The notes: generated from the sequence alone by a model not told the origin. Positions 1-13,597 are shown, numbered from the stretch's first letter. The stretch: DNA of 64,000 bases from Pachysolen tannophilus NRRL Y-2460 (GCA_001661245.1 KV454014.1:1197989-1261988), one strand, 5' to 3'. Numbers and translations are program-made.

Positions 1-12
1 TAAATTGAAAAA

Positions 13-44
<32 letters not shown>

Positions 45-588
45 AAAAAGAAAAATTTGAACAAAGATGAAATGAATTGAAATGGTTAGACTTTCCATTC
101 ATAGTTTCCATCTTGATTTTTTAATTCTTGTCACTTTTGAGTTTTCACCATTTTATTTTATTTTTTATTCCATTTTTATCAAGGCAAATAGTTCAAACTT
201 ATCTAGAAATTGATGTCGATTTTCTTTTTTATATCATATTCCATATTTATTCCTGAACCCTTATTTATATAAAAGATCGAAAAAGATTATTAATATATAT
301 ATTTATTCCATGAATATTATTCATTCTAATCATTATTATCTCCATTTCCTCCTCCATTTACCTAATTACCAAAATGATGGGAAAGATAATGACAGTAGTG
401 CTCTAAATATCAAAAACACCAATCGAGCGATGCGTTTCACATGCCAAAACTAAAACCAAAAAACAGACCAAGAGAAAGGCAGGTACTATTTTTTTTCTGT
501 TTAAGTTTGTAATAATAATAAGTCTGTTGAAGTTATTCATTTGAAATTGAATTAGTAGATAATAGAAAGAAACGTTGGTATATATATC

Positions 589-2193
589 ATGAGGCCTGCA
601 AATTTGAGGGAGAGATCATTTATGGTCTCTTCTGTGGTAATCGTTGCTCTAGAATCGGTTTTATCTTCTATAACCTATTTATTACCATCATGGTTAATAG
701 AATTTTTCACAAAATTGGTTAAATTTCTTTTTTCCAGTATTCGTTTTTATTATAATGATCCGATGTATGATTCATTAATTAGTGAGTTTGAAGTTGCTGA
801 AACGGATGGGGCTGTTGTCAATGAAGATTCGAATATTTTCAAGCTTGTTCATCATTTACAAAATGCTAAAGATATTGATCAAATGTGTAAAATTTTTGGA
901 TATCAACTTGAAAATCATCTTATTAAGACCGATGATGATCAGTTATTAAATATACATAGGTTGAATCCTCTCACAAATAATAAGCCAGTAAATGGAAAAG
1001 TTGTTTATTTGCATCATGGATTATTGATGAGTAGTGAAATATGGGTCACAATGTATAAGAAAGAATTAAATTTACCATTTGTATTATGTGATTTGGGTTA
1101 TGATGTTTGGCTTGGAAATAATCGTGGTAATAAGTATAGTTGTAGAAATTTGAAACTTGATTTAGATGATCCAAAGTTTTGGGATTTCAGTATTGATGAA
1201 TTTTCTATTTATGATATACCAAATACTGTTGATTATATTATAAAATTCACTGGAAAGAAAAATTTAACTTATATAGGGTTTTCACAAGGATCTACTCAAG
1301 GTTTAGCTGCATTATCAATAAGTCAAAAATTAAATGAACAAATTGATAAAATTATTACAATTTCTCCTGCTACCACTCCTCATGGTTTACATAATTGGTT
1401 GATTAATTCTTTAATCAAATTATCACCAAATTTTTTATTTTTATTATTTGGTAAGAAAATACTTTTACAATCTGCAACTTTTTGGAAATCAATTATTTAC
1501 CCACCTTTATTTATAAAAGTAATTGATGTTTCCAATGAGATCTTATTCAATTGGAAAAGTTTGAATATTGATTATACTCAAAAATTTATTTCTTATTATC
1601 ATTTATATTCAACTACCAGTGTTAAATCAGTATGTCATTGGTTCCAAATTATTAAATCTAAGAAATTTCAAATGTATGATAATTCAAAAGTTTCTATTTT
1701 GAAAAATTTGATTCGTGATACTGGTTCTTCTAATCGTAATAGTTATTACCCAGATATAAATCAAAACAAGCAAAGTTCAAGTTCAAATTTTTCAAGCATG
1801 GTTTTCCCTACTAAGACAAATATAAAAATCCCAATTTTGATTATTTATGGTAAGATCGATTCCTTGGTTGATATTGATATAATGAAGACCCAATTGCCTA
1901 CTGAAAACTTACAAATAATTGGGGTAGATAATTATGAGCATTTAGATTTGATATGGGGAAGAGACGTAAAAGGTTATGTTTTTGATAACGTTGTTCAATT
2001 TCTTGAACAAAATGATTTTAAAGATAAAAATGGTTATGAATTTAGACAAAAAAAGAATGGAAAGACAATACCAGAGAAAGCTGTGAACGGCCAAATTTCT
2101 ATAGACGAAATTCCTGATGGTGATAAAAACGATTTGAATAGACCATTGGCATCAAGATTATCGAAATCGCTTGATATAATCGAAGAATTTTGA
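589..2193 (+). CDS. TGL1: Steryl ester hydrolase / AB-hydrolase lipase (Tgl1 family)
   Basis: 534-aa ORF; HHGLLMSSE, GYDVWLGNNRGNKYS, nucleophile elbow GFSQG, catalytic His in YEHLDLIW. Confidence 0.8.
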   Translation: MRPANLRERSFMVSSVVIVALESVLSSITYLLPSWLIEFFTKLVKFLFSSIRFYYNDPMYDSLISEFEVAETDGAVVNEDSNIFKLVHHLQNAKDIDQMCKIFGYQLENHLIKTDDDQLLNIHRLNPLTNNKPVNGKVVYLHHGLLMSSEIWVTMYKKELNLPFVLCDLGYDVWLGNNRGNKYSCRNLKLDLDDPKFWDFSIDEFSIYDIPNTVDYIIKFTGKKNLTYIGFSQGSTQGLAALSISQKLNEQIDKIITISPATTPHGLHNWLINSLIKLSPNFLFLLFGKKILLQSATFWKSIIYPPLFIKVIDVSNEILFNWKSLNIDYTQKFISYYHLYSTTSVKSVCHWFQIIKSKKFQMYDNSKVSILKNLIRDTGSSNRNSYYPDINQNKQSSSSNFSSMVFPTKTNIKIPILIIYGKIDSLVDIDIMKTQLPTENLQIIGVDNYEHLDLIWGRDVKGYVFDNVVQFLEQNDFKDKNGYEFRQKKNGKTIPEKAVNGQISIDEIPDGDKNDLNRPLASRLSKSLDIIEEF

Positions 2194-2441
2194 TCTTTAT
2201 AATGTATCTTTGGTTTTCTTGTATTTTAAAAAGTGGGTATGAGTGTCAAACTTAACAAGATGTCATGGGTTGTGTATAATATTTGCTACAATCTTTTGTA
2301 TATTGAATGATTGAAATGATAATTTATGAGATGAAATAAATGTAGATTACTATTGTGATTTCATTTTACTAAAACAAGTATTACTTTCATTAATTGAACT
2401 GTTATCTGAGACATCAATTACAAAAGGAAAAATCAGAAAAC

Positions 2442-2472
<31 letters not shown>

Positions 2473-2511
2473 TAAAAAGAAAAGAAACTAAAAAACCTTT
2501 TAGATTAATAC

Positions 2512-5500
2512 CTAGACACTATTCAAAATATTGAATAATTCATTGACACCTAAGATATTTTGCTGAGCAAATGTTCGTTTAATCTTTCCGACATTGACAC
2601 TTAATAAATCATCCACTTTACGATTTTCATACAACTCCATACCATACTTGAACAAATTCTCATCTGTTGGGGTTTGTCCACCTAAAATACATAATAATCT
2701 GACAGGTCCGTTACTCTCAGGGAAAAGTTCTTCTTCAGGTTGAGAGATTGGAGAAGAATTATTGGAACTAGGCAACCTTCTGAAGAAATTTTCTGTGCCA
2801 ACAGGTGAAGAAATAGGTCTAGCCTTGTTCAAAGAATTTAAGATGAACTGCAATGATCTAATTGGTAAGTCAACTTCCTGAATAATAACAATTTCATCAA
2901 CCAAAGTAGCATGAACATTTTCATTTTGAAACAAATCATTTATATGCGTCATTAAATCTCCAATCAATGCAATTTTATGCTCATAATCTTCTTTTTTAAC
3001 ATTTTCAGTATGAAATCTAATTGTACAATCTTCAATTTCGATGTAGGAACCAGGAAGTCTTTCAACTATTGAATTACTCAATTCTATGACGGATGGCATC
3101 CATTTCAATTCTTTCTTTTCGTCTATTATGGATATCCAGTAATTTGAATTATCTAATTTAATGTAACCACCATTTTCCGATATTAATCCTAAGTTTGGAA
3201 CACGGCGGTATTTACTTAATAAATTATCCCGCTTGTAGTACGACATTACATAAACAGCATTCATAGGATCAGAAGTAAGATTGTTTAATATTTTGAAAAT
3301 TCTGTTTGTGTCAACAGGAACTAACTTTGATCCTTGATACGTAAAAGAAGAAGCTAAATTTTCTAAATTTAAAATGAAGAATCTTCTACCATTATCAGAA
3401 ACCTTGTAATATTTTTGGTGGAAATGATCTTTAGTCAAGTAAGAAGTATTCTCTATTAATTTTTGTTGTTGGAACTCCCATGTTTCTTTTATTGATTTTA
3501 AACAATCCTTAACCCAATTTTTTGAATCATTTTTTAAAATTATATCATAAAGATTCTTCCATCTTCTCAATTTTTCATCTTCTTTCATTGACAATGCCTG
3601 TCTAATTCCCTCCGAGATTTGACGAATATCCCATGGATTAATCAATATACAATCTTTACCTAAAATTGAAGCAGATCCTGTAAATTCAGATAATATTAAA
3701 GGCGAATGTTTCTCATTAGTTGAGACAACAAATTCATGGGATGTTAAATTCATACCCTCTCTCATGGCACTAACTATAAAAGTATCTGCTTCACACAATA
3801 AGGCTAAATATTGTTCAAAGTCAATGTCTTGATTTAAGAAAACAACAGGCTGTGCAATTGAGATATTATGAGATTTTGAATTGATCCTGTCAACTACAGT
3901 CATAATACCAAACTCTAAATCTTCATCAATACCTCCTGCCGGTAAGCATATTTGAATAAAAATAATATTATCCAAATATTCAGGGTTGTCGGCCAAAAAT
4001 AATTCATAAGCCAATAGCTTTTGTTTGATACCTCTGATTTTATCCATTTTATCTCTGCTAACTATCAATTTCTTATTTGGCCATCTTTCTTTAATCATCT
4101 TACGCCAATAAGCAATTTCTTCTGATTGTAATTGGGTCCTTAAAGATGGAGCATCAATTCCAACAGGAATATGATTAACGGCAATGGTTCTACCATCATA
4201 TTTAATACCTTCATCATTGAAATCACTCAATAACAATTTATTGCATGTTTGCAAAAAATGTCTAACATATTCTTCAGTTTGGAAACTAATAACATTAGCT
4301 CCTAACATCCCTTGTAACAATTTTTCTCTTTGAGCAAAACAACGGAAAACTTCCGATGATGGGAATGAAACATGCAAGAAGAATCCGATTTTGGCATTAG
4401 GAAGTTTCTCTCTAATTAATTGAGGTAATAGTAACAAATGATAATCATGAATCCAAATGATATCACCTTCTTTATAAATTGAAACAATTCTTTCCGCAAA
4501 AATTTCACAAACTTTTTTATAATACCCCCAAGAATGTTGTTCGAATACTTTAGATTTTGGATGATCAGCAATTTGATAATGTAAAGCTGGCCATAAAATT
4601 TGTTTACAGAAACTTTTATAATGACCTTGAAAGACTAAATCATCAACAAATATAGATTCACTTTTATAATTTTCTTTTAATTCTTTTGCAATCCTTTCTC
4701 TTGTTGAAATGGGAAGTTCATCACTTGGCATTCCTAAAGTTCCTACCCATTTTACATCTATCTTCTCTTTTGAATTATTATCAGTTGCTAACTTGATAGC
4801 ATTTCTTAAACTTCCATTACCCTTTTTCAAAGGAATTACTTCAAAAGGTGCTTTTTCAAAAATTTTTTCTCTTGTTTTGAAAAGTTGAATATCGGGTTTT
4901 GAAAACCCACCATACGGAGTTATTTTTTCTTTATAATCAACATTTTCTGTTGCAATAACATCAGTCATTGATGAGTCCGATGACACTTCTATATCATCAT
5001 ATGGAACCGAATCTCCACTTCTATTATTATAAACCGACAAGTTTTTAAAAGAAGAACCTTTTGACAATGAAGATTTTGGATATGGTTGAGCTCTTAAACT
5101 AGCATTTACTGAAACTGGACTTTCAGACCGATTTACAGCTTTAATCATTGATCCACTTAAATCTTGAATTTTTTTTGTTGGATCAACCACAGCGGACGAC
5201 ATTGATAACGGTGGAGAATTTACTCTTGAGAGTGGTTGAATATAATTTGAACCACTAATAGCAGATCTCATAAGCTTTGGATGTTGTTTTGTTGAACTTT
5301 CCGATTCATCCAAAGCTGGAGTGGAAGTGCCCGAACTAAGTTGACTAACAGCATTTGAAGAAATTCTTAATTTTGGGTGATGATAAAAAAAATCTTCTAC
5401 TGAAGCAGAGCTAAGGTCATTTTCTAATAAATTAACTGAACTACTTTCTAAAGATTTTAATGTATAAACATTGTTTGTACTTGGTGGAGTTGAAAAATTA

Positions 5501-5839
5501 GCAGCTTGTTTTTTAGATTGCATAGATTTTAAAATTGAATAATTATCAAAACTTTTTGTCTTATTAAAAGGCGGCCGAGGTGGTACTGGAACCTGTGTTT
5601 GAGGAACAACAGCTGAAGCCGATTGATTCACTAACAATTTTTGCATTGAAATAGATTGAATGGAATCCGAATCCAAAGAATTCGGAGACCCATTGTCAAC
5701 AACTTCAAATTCAACAGTATAAGGTAAGAATCTGTATATTCATTCAATCTTTGTTAGTAAAATTTAATATTCACCAGTTTAATTTTGAAAATCAACATTT
5801 ATTTTTAACTACTTACAATGAAGCAACAATTAAAGTCAT
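2512..5839 (-). CDS. TPS3: Trehalose synthase complex regulatory subunit (Tps3/Tsl1); exons 5839-5817 and 5731-2512 (1080 aa)
   Basis: Glyco_transf_20 motifs (WIHDYHL, GFFLHVSFPSSEVFR, REGMNL); phosphatase DxD motif lost. Splicing restores the N-terminus MTLIVASLFLPYTVEFE. Confidence 0.88.
5732..5816 (-). other. Spliceosomal intron in TPS3 (85 nt)
   Basis: GTAAGT donor, TACTAAC at 5759-5753, CAG acceptor; splicing is in frame. Confidence 0.9.
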
Positions 5840-5911
5840 TGTCTATGCTGATAACCATAATATTTGAACAGTACTAATCAATTATCAATCTCTGCTGTCA
5901 ATTTATTATAT

Positions 5912-5952
<41 letters not shown>

Positions 5953-6154
5953 AACAATTGTTTAACCGCTCTTGTAAATATATAACTCTTCTTATTCCAA
6001 GTAACGAGAGATTTCTAGAATTTTAGACTTGCATTTAATTCACGCATGTTTTTTTCCCCTTTTTAAATAAGTAAGTAAATTAAATTCAAATAGTATTTTA
6101 AATGTATATATGACGGAATAGGTTACGGAAATTAGGTTACGGAGATGGTTTAAG

Positions 6155-7156
6155 ATGCTGCTGTTCTATGATGCGCATTGTCATTTGTCACCTTTTTTCG
6201 TTAAGAATGAGTTTGATGTTAGAGATGGAGTTTGTATAAATTTGATGTCTACAAATCAATTTGATGTTTATGAGGTTTTCAAGTTATCAAAAAAATATGA
6301 GAATATTATTCCATGTTATGGAATTCATCCTTGGTATTCACACCTTTTCACTTTTGATGAATATGATGGGAATTTAAGTAAAGAAGAATTTAAAAAAATT
6401 CATTATCTTAAAGTTTTAACTAATATGGGGAAAAAAATTGATTCATTTGATGATAATGATAAATTTTTATCAATTTTACCATTTCCAATTTTTATTAAGG
6501 ATTATATTAGTAATGTTATTGAAAAATATATTAAAGAATCTAAAGATTCAATGATTGGAGAAATTGGACTTGATAAATTATTTAGAATACCGAGTACTGG
6601 ATATTTTGGTTATTATAGAGATGATAAGGAGGAATATGATAATAATGATAAAAAATTAACAAATTATAAAGTTTCAATGGATCATCAAATATTAATTTTT
6701 AAAGAATTTTTAAAAATCTCTTTAATTTATGAAAAACCAATTTCATTACATTGTGTTAAAGCTCATGGAATATTATTAGATATAGTTCAAAAATTTTGTT
6801 TGGAAAATACAAAAATAACTATATGTTTACATTCATATACTGGATCAATAGATCAAAGTAAAAATTGGATAAAATTATTTAAAAATCGAATTTTTTTTTC
6901 ATTTTCTAAAATTATAAATTTACTGAAAGATGAAATTTTTTGTGAATTAATTAATATAATACCAGATAAAAATATTTTAATTGAAACCGATTTAGGAATA
7001 GACAATTATTATAATTTAAATTTAAATTTAAAATATGATAATAAACATATAGATGATTTGAATCAAGTAATTTATAAAATTTCTTATTTAAAAAATTGGA
7101 ATTATGATTTTACAAAATCAAAAATATTGGAAAATTGGAATAATTTTAAAAAATAA
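6155..7156 (+). CDS. TatD-family metallo-hydrolase/DNase (YMR262W/Scn1-like)
   Basis: DAHCH, GIHPW, IGEIGLDK, SLHCVKAHG, LHSYTGS, ILIETD motifs; divergent from TPS3 as in S. cerevisiae. Confidence 0.85.
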   Translation: MLLFYDAHCHLSPFFVKNEFDVRDGVCINLMSTNQFDVYEVFKLSKKYENIIPCYGIHPWYSHLFTFDEYDGNLSKEEFKKIHYLKVLTNMGKKIDSFDDNDKFLSILPFPIFIKDYISNVIEKYIKESKDSMIGEIGLDKLFRIPSTGYFGYYRDDKEEYDNNDKKLTNYKVSMDHQILIFKEFLKISLIYEKPISLHCVKAHGILLDIVQKFCLENTKITICLHSYTGSIDQSKNWIKLFKNRIFFSFSKIINLLKDEIFCELINIIPDKNILIETDLGIDNYYNLNLNLKYDNKHIDDLNQVIYKISYLKNWNYDFTKSKILENWNNFKK

Positions 7157-7271
7157 TTTCAAACCATTTTTATTAATACTAATTGTACATACACATTTAT
7201 AGAGAAAAGATAAATTTTTACTATTCAACAACAAAAGAAAAAAAAAAAAAAAAAAAAGGCTTTATTTATAA

Positions 7272-7592
7272 TTAGATATCGGCCTCATCACCTATTACCA
7301 AATTTTTAATATCCCATTCGGCTTGAAACTTATTTTTCAATTGTTCTAATAAAGTTATTAAACTATTACAAGCATTTCTTAAAGCATCTTTTGGTTTATA
7401 ACCTTCTTCTGTTTGCAATCTCATCACAAAATTTGCGAAAAGAGGATGTTCTACTTTATAAGCAACAAATATCACTCTTGGATCATTTATCAACTGCTGT
7501 CTTAACAAGTTTCCCAACGTATGATCTTCTCTTTCAAACTTGATTAAAATACAATTTGGAACTCTTGGATCCGGATTTATTGTTAACCTGTG

Positions 7593-7629
<37 letters not shown>

Positions 7630-7788
7630 GTTAGTACTTGAATTTCTTTGAAAATTTGTGAAACTTTCAAGTCTCGATCAAACTTGAATCTCTCTCTCTC
7701 TCTTTCTCTCTGTCAAACTATCACATCATACATACTTTTGAACACCATCTGGCAATATGAAAAGTTCAAATCTATCGGGAGCATTCAT
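7272..7788 (-). CDS. RPB11: RNA polymerase II subunit Rpb11; exons 7788-7736 and 7587-7272 (122 aa)
   Basis: Spliced N-terminus [33 protein letters not shown] and AYKVEHPL motifs. Confidence 0.95.
7588..7735 (-). other. Spliceosomal intron in RPB11 (148 nt)
   Basis: GTATGT donor, TACTAAC at 7636-7630, CAG acceptor. Confidence 0.93.
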
Positions 7789-8181
7789 CTTATTGCTTCA
7801 AAATTAAATAAATATACTTCCACCACCACTATAACTAGTTCTATTATCTTTTTTCATTACCTTCTCTTTTAATAAAAAAAATGGTATTAAACTTTATTGA
7901 GTCTATCGAACACGACTATTGTTCTTCTTCACTTCACTTCACATCACTATAAAAATGGCCATTACCTATTATAGACACTTTAATTATGGAGTACACTACT
8001 ACAGTTTTCTTTAAAAAAAAAGTATTCTGTTGATAGTCTTTGCACGACTGATTTAAGGTTTTTCTCCTTAGTTTCCACAGCCCCTTATACGTTTGTTGTC
8101 AAAACACAAGGGCTGTTGCTGTTTTATTCTTGAAAGTTTTTTTTTTTTCATTCATTCATTCATTCATTCATTATTTTGTTT

Positions 8182-8189
8182 CCGGGTAA
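8182..8189. promoter_or_regulatory. Reb1-type site (CCGGGTAA) in the RPB11/SIN3 divergent promoter
   Basis: Exact match to the reverse complement of TTACCCGG; a second TTACCCG lies at 36416-36422 between YFT2 and MRPS28. Confidence 0.55.
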
Positions 8190-8488
8190 CAACACAAAAC
8201 TAAAATAAAAAAAGTGCGAAGAAGTTGCAGTGTGATATAGTTCACGCTTATTAGAGAAAAACTGTTTTCTCAAAAAGGATGCGTTTTTTTGAGTTTCTGT
8301 TAAGTTACTTACACCAACTAACTATAATTTATATATATATATATATTATTTTTTTTTTTTAACAAAGTGTTAAGATTAAAATAATTAATAACGGAATTTA
8401 GTTAGAAAGATCAGATATAGTTTTAATTTAATTGTTATAACTATTTTATCTTGATAAATTTCTAAGCGCCGTTACTTATTGTTGATTT

Positions 8489-8530
<42 letters not shown>

Positions 8531-8625
8531 TTTTTTTTTTCATCTTTCTTTATTTTACTATTGTTTCTAGCTTTTTTTATTTTTAATATTCAAAATAAAG
8601 CTAAAGAAAAGAAGATTGCTTGACA

Positions 8626-11600
8626 ATGCAGAATAACAATTGGAAAGGTCCAGATAATCAGGATAATAATCCGAATACTCAAGATAATAATAAACCTGGG
8701 ATTCAACCTCCGTTTCAGTATGTATAAATTATATATATATAAGTTGTGAAGAGTTTTACTAACAAAAATTTTTTTTTTTATTACAAAAGGCGCCATCAAA
8801 ATGGTCCTCCAATCTTACGACCTCCATCAAGTTTAGAGAATGGTAAGTTATATTCATTTGATTTTTTATTAAAACAATGAACCCCTTGATAACTAACATT
8901 TTTTTAATAATTATATTTTTTTAAAGGTCAATCATATTATTCGTTGCCATCGTTACCCGGATTAGGGTCACATAATCCATCGGGCGGTTATGGTATGCCT
9001 CCAATCAATAATCCACCAGGTATACATCAAGTAAGTTATAGAATAAAGAGAAAAAAAACTTCTTTCCTTCCTATAAATGAACTTTGTTTTTGTTTTTACT
9101 AACTACTGATTTTTTTTTTAATCTGTTCAGGATCAATCGCAGTCTACAAATTCGTTACCACCTCCACCGGTTCCTCCGCAACCACCAATGAGCAATACTA
9201 CCGGGCCAGCTCCATCACAGACAAATTCTCCTCCAAACAATCAACTGCAATTATCAGCACTGCCGGGGTCAGGATTAGCCGCCTATAGACCATTAAATGT
9301 TAAGGATGCATTATCTTATTTAGATCAAGTTAAAGTACAATTCCAAAATCAGCCAGATGTTTACAATCATTTCTTGGATGTTATGAAAGATTTCAAGAGT
9401 CAAACGTAAGTATTAACAATCCATCCATCTACCTCATTATTTTTTTTTTTATTAATTGTTTCATTTCATTTCATGGGTGATACATATATATATGTATATA
9501 TTTATTCAACTTTATTATTGGATAAATATGCACCTTAAATGAAAAGTTAAAAGAAAAAAAAAAAAAAAAAAAAAAAAAAGAGGGTAATTGTGTGTTTTTT
9601 ATTTTTTATTTTTTTTTGATTGTTTTAATACTAACTAATAATGAATTATAATTTTATTAATAGAATCGATACTCCAGGTGTTATTGATAGAGTTTCTTCT
9701 TTATTTAGAGGTCACCCTAATCTTATACAGGGGTTCAACACGTTTTTGCCTCCAGGTTACCGCATTGAATGTTCTTTAGACCCATCAGATCCAAATCCAA
9801 TAAGAGTTACCACTCCTATGGGAACTACAACTAGACCTGGTACCACTGGTGATTTTGAAAAAAGAGAATGGGGGCAACCAATTCTTCAGCCGTCACAGGA
9901 GTCTGATCAACAACAACAACAGCAACAACAAATAGCTTCACAGCAGCAACACCTGCAGTCGTATGCTCAACCACAGCCTCAACAGGTTGGTCCTCCACAT
10001 CCACTTGGAATCAATGCTCAACAACCACCAATGGGTGTACCACCTTCTAATAGTGGATCACCAGTTGAATTCAACCATGCAATTAGCTATGTCAACAAGA
10101 TAAAGACTAGGTTTGCAAATCAACCAGATATTTATAAGCATTTTTTGGAAATCTTGCAAACATATCAAAGAGAACAAAAACCAATAGGAGAAGTTTATCA
10201 ACAAGTTACTGTATTATTTCAAAATGCACCTGATTTGTTGGATGATTTCAAACAATTCTTGCCTGATACCAGTGCTAAGATTCCAGTACCACTTCCTCAA
10301 CAAGAACATTTCGTACCTCCTAGAAATGATGCAAACAATGGTAACGCTGGAAATAAAAGTATGCAATTACCACCGGTTGGTAATTTTCCACCTCCTTCTG
10401 CCGGCGGTGGTATGAATCAGCCACCAACAAAAGATCGTAAGAAGAAGGGTAGTATCACTTCCTCCAATGAAATCGCAACTTCAGATATTCGGGGACCTCC
10501 AATACAAACTTCAAAACGTGGAAGAAAAGAAAATGCTCAACGTGCTATGGAAGTTATTCAAGATCAAGAATATCAATCTAAAAATTCAACTTTATCCGAA
10601 GAAATTGGATTTTTTGATAAAGTTAAAAAGGCAATTGGAAATAAACAAACTTATAATGAATTTTTGAAAATGATCAATTTGTATTCACAGGAAATTATTG
10701 ATAAAGATACTTTAATCGAAAGAGTTGAAGGCTTCATTGGACCATATAAAGACTTATTTGATTGGTTCAAGCATTTTGTTGGATTTGAAGATACTCCAAT
10801 GAATATAGAGAATGTAACTTTTAAAAAGCATCAATTGGAATTGTCATTATGTAAGTCTTGTGGTCCTTCATATAGACTCTTACCAAAAGCAGAAACTTAT
10901 ATGCCATGCTCAGGAAGAGATGATATGTGTTGGGAAGTATTAAATGATGAATGGGTTGGACATCCAACTTGGGCCTCAGAGGATTCTGGGTTCATTGCGC
11001 ATAGAAAAAATCAATACGAGGAAATTCTTTTCAGAATTGAAGAGGAAAGACACGAATATGATTATTATATGGAAGCTAATTTAAGAACAATTCAAACTTT
11101 AGAGACCATTGCAAATAGAATTGCAAATATGACTCCAGAAGAAAAAGCTCATTTTAAATTACCAGAAGGACTTGGTCATACCTCATTAACAATTTATAAA
11201 AAAGTCATTAGAAAAATTTACGATAAGGATAGAGGTTTTGAAGTTATTGACGCATTACATGAAAACCCAGCTGTTGCTGTTCCAATTGTATTAAAAAGAT
11301 TGAAACAGAAAGATGAAGAATGGAAAAGATCACACAGGGAATGGAACAAGGTTTGGAGAGAAATGGAACAGAAAGTTTTCTTTAAAAGTTTGGATCATTT
11401 AGGATTAACTTTTAAGCAAGCTGATAAAAAGTTATTAACTACAAAACAATTAATTTCTGAAATCAGCACTATTAAAATAGAGCAAACACAAAAGAGATTA
11501 CATCCATTGACTCCAAAACCTAAAGAACAGTTGGAGTATTCATTCAAAGATTATGAAATTTTGATGGATATAGTGAAATTAGTCTTGATTTTTTTAAACC

Positions 11601-13597
11601 ATTCATCAAGTTATTCAGCTAATGATAGAGAGAGACTAGAACAGTTTTTCAAGACTTTTTTGTCGTTATTCTTTTCTTTAAGCTCCGATTATATTGAAGA
11701 AAGTTTGACTTCCAGAGATTTCGGAGGTAATGTTAGTCCTCAACCTAGTGAAGAGTCTAGTGATACTCTTGACGTGAGAGATTCTTTTGTCCCATCTGTT
11801 GCATCATCTCCAGAACCTTCTTTGCATAAGTCTTTGAAAAAGCGTTTACATGGTGATACTGATTTGCTTAAAGATGTCTTGAGACGAAACAATTTCAAAC
11901 AGGCAAAAAACAAAAAAGAAAATACACCAGAGTCATCATCTTCTTATTCAACACCTCAACCGGAATCTCAGTCAGAACTGATTGGTGCGGATGCTGATCT
12001 TCCAGAAGAATTAACTAAAGCTGCAGAATCATGGATTGAAACTTTGGCTACATATGGTGATGAACAACCATCGGCTAAAGAATACGAATCTTCGCCAAGA
12101 CATAATTTCAATATGTTCTGCAATACCAATATCTACATCTTTTTCAGATACTTGAGAACGATGTATGAAAGATTAGAGGAATTGAAGCTGATGCGTGCGG
12201 AAGTTGATAATGAAATTAAATCTAGAACTGATACCAAATTTGCCAAGGACTTGGACTTGTTTTCTCATCAAATAGAAGATATGGGCATCAATATAACTGG
12301 GAATAACAGTTACCTTGAAGCTTTGAAATTGTCTGCCAAATTAATTGAAGGTGACCTTGAGCATCAATGGTTTGAGGAATCTTTGAGACAAGGTTACAGG
12401 AATAAGGCTTATAAACTTTTCACTGTTGACAAGGTCATCCAAGGTATCATCAAACACCTGCACATAATACTTACCGATCACAAAACTTCTGAAATAATGT
12501 TATTGTTTGAGAAGGACAGAAATATGCCAGTGACTACTGCAAAGCAGCAAATTTTGTATCGTATGCAAACAAGATCATTTATGGGTGCTGAAGATCATAT
12601 GTTTAGGATTATGTTCAATGACGTACAAAATACAGTTGTTATCCAATATGTTGGGTTAGATGATCTTACCTTAAAAGAATTTAAGAATGATGATGCCAAG
12701 TATAATTATTATGTAACTTCTTATGTTATGTCCCATCCAACGGAAAGTGTTCAAGCAAATAAATTAACTTTACCATTCTTGAAGGATAATTTACAAGAGG
12801 AAGAAGATGACGATGATGAAGACGACGAATTGAAAGGTTTTATCGATTCTCAATTGAAGGTTAAGATTGATAAAAATACTTACAAATTGTTTTTTGAAAA
12901 CGGTTCATATGATGAATTTTCAAGGGATTCTGTCTACAGCAATACTTTGAAGAAATCAGCAAAAACAATAGAAAGTAGAGTAGAAAAATTATCAAGTGCA
13001 TTGGCTGGAACTAACGGTTGGTCTAAGGATTTAAGTGAGACTGAAGTAACAAATGCGGAGGAAAAATTCAAAACATTAATTAACAATGGACCTGAGGCTT
13101 ATAAAAAGTGGACAGATCCAGTTGTTAATGAAGAGGAAAAAGAATTGGGAAATGGAAAGCAAGAAGCAGAACTGATATCAGAAGATACTAATGATTCACA
13201 AGAAAAGACTGGACTGTCGGGAAAAGGACAGGATAAAGAAGTTTCGTCATCAGAGCATCAGGATGAGGAGTCTAAGCAAGATATTACAAAGGAGGTTTCA
13301 AGACAAGATTCATTTGAGAAGGAAAAAGATGAAAAAGTTGATGGAAACTCGAATCTTAGCGAAGAAAAGAGTAAGGGAGAAGAACTTAGTGATAAGCCAA
13401 CTGCAAAGGCAACTGAAAATTTTCCTTCATCAGCAGAAGTTGCTCAACAAGAGACTAACGCAACTACTGCCAGCAGTACAAGTGGTGGTGCAGAGAACTC
13501 TTCATCACAAACAATATTAAATACACCGGCATCCACTACAGTTGGTGGATATGAAATTAAGAAAGATAATGACGGAGATGTTGATATGACCAATTGA
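8626..13597 (+). CDS. SIN3: Sin3 corepressor scaffold; exons 8626-8717, 8790-8842, 8927-9030, 9131-9405, 9664-13597 (1485 aa)
   Basis: PAH1 ([14 protein letters not shown]), PAH2 ([14 protein letters not shown]), PAH3 and HID ([27 protein letters not shown]); four GT-AG introns join without stops. Confidence 0.93.
8718..8789 (+). other. SIN3 intron 1 (72 nt)
   Basis: GTATGT donor, TACTAAC at 8757-8763, AAG acceptor; phase 2 on both sides. Confidence 0.8.
8843..8926 (+). other. SIN3 intron 2 (84 nt)
   Basis: GTAAGT donor, AACTAAC at 8891-8897, AAG acceptor; phase 1 on both sides. Confidence 0.8.
9031..9130 (+). other. SIN3 intron 3 (100 nt)
   Basis: GTAAGT donor, TACTAAC at 9097-9103, CAG acceptor; phase 0. 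Confidence 0.88.
9406..9663 (+). other. SIN3 intron 4 (258 nt), within PAH1
   Basis: GTAAGT donor, TACTAAC at 9629-9635, TAG acceptor; restores the conserved KDFKSQT-IDTPGVI. Confidence 0.95.

Noticed and set aside
9641..9663. ORF-track starts for SIN3, RPB11, TPS3, TIF11, SEC17, GAR1, PRO1, DAL5, MCM21, RRP40 and BFR2, and the APC11 stop
   Set aside because: They lie in introns, at internal codons or at TTG/GTG; corrected in the features
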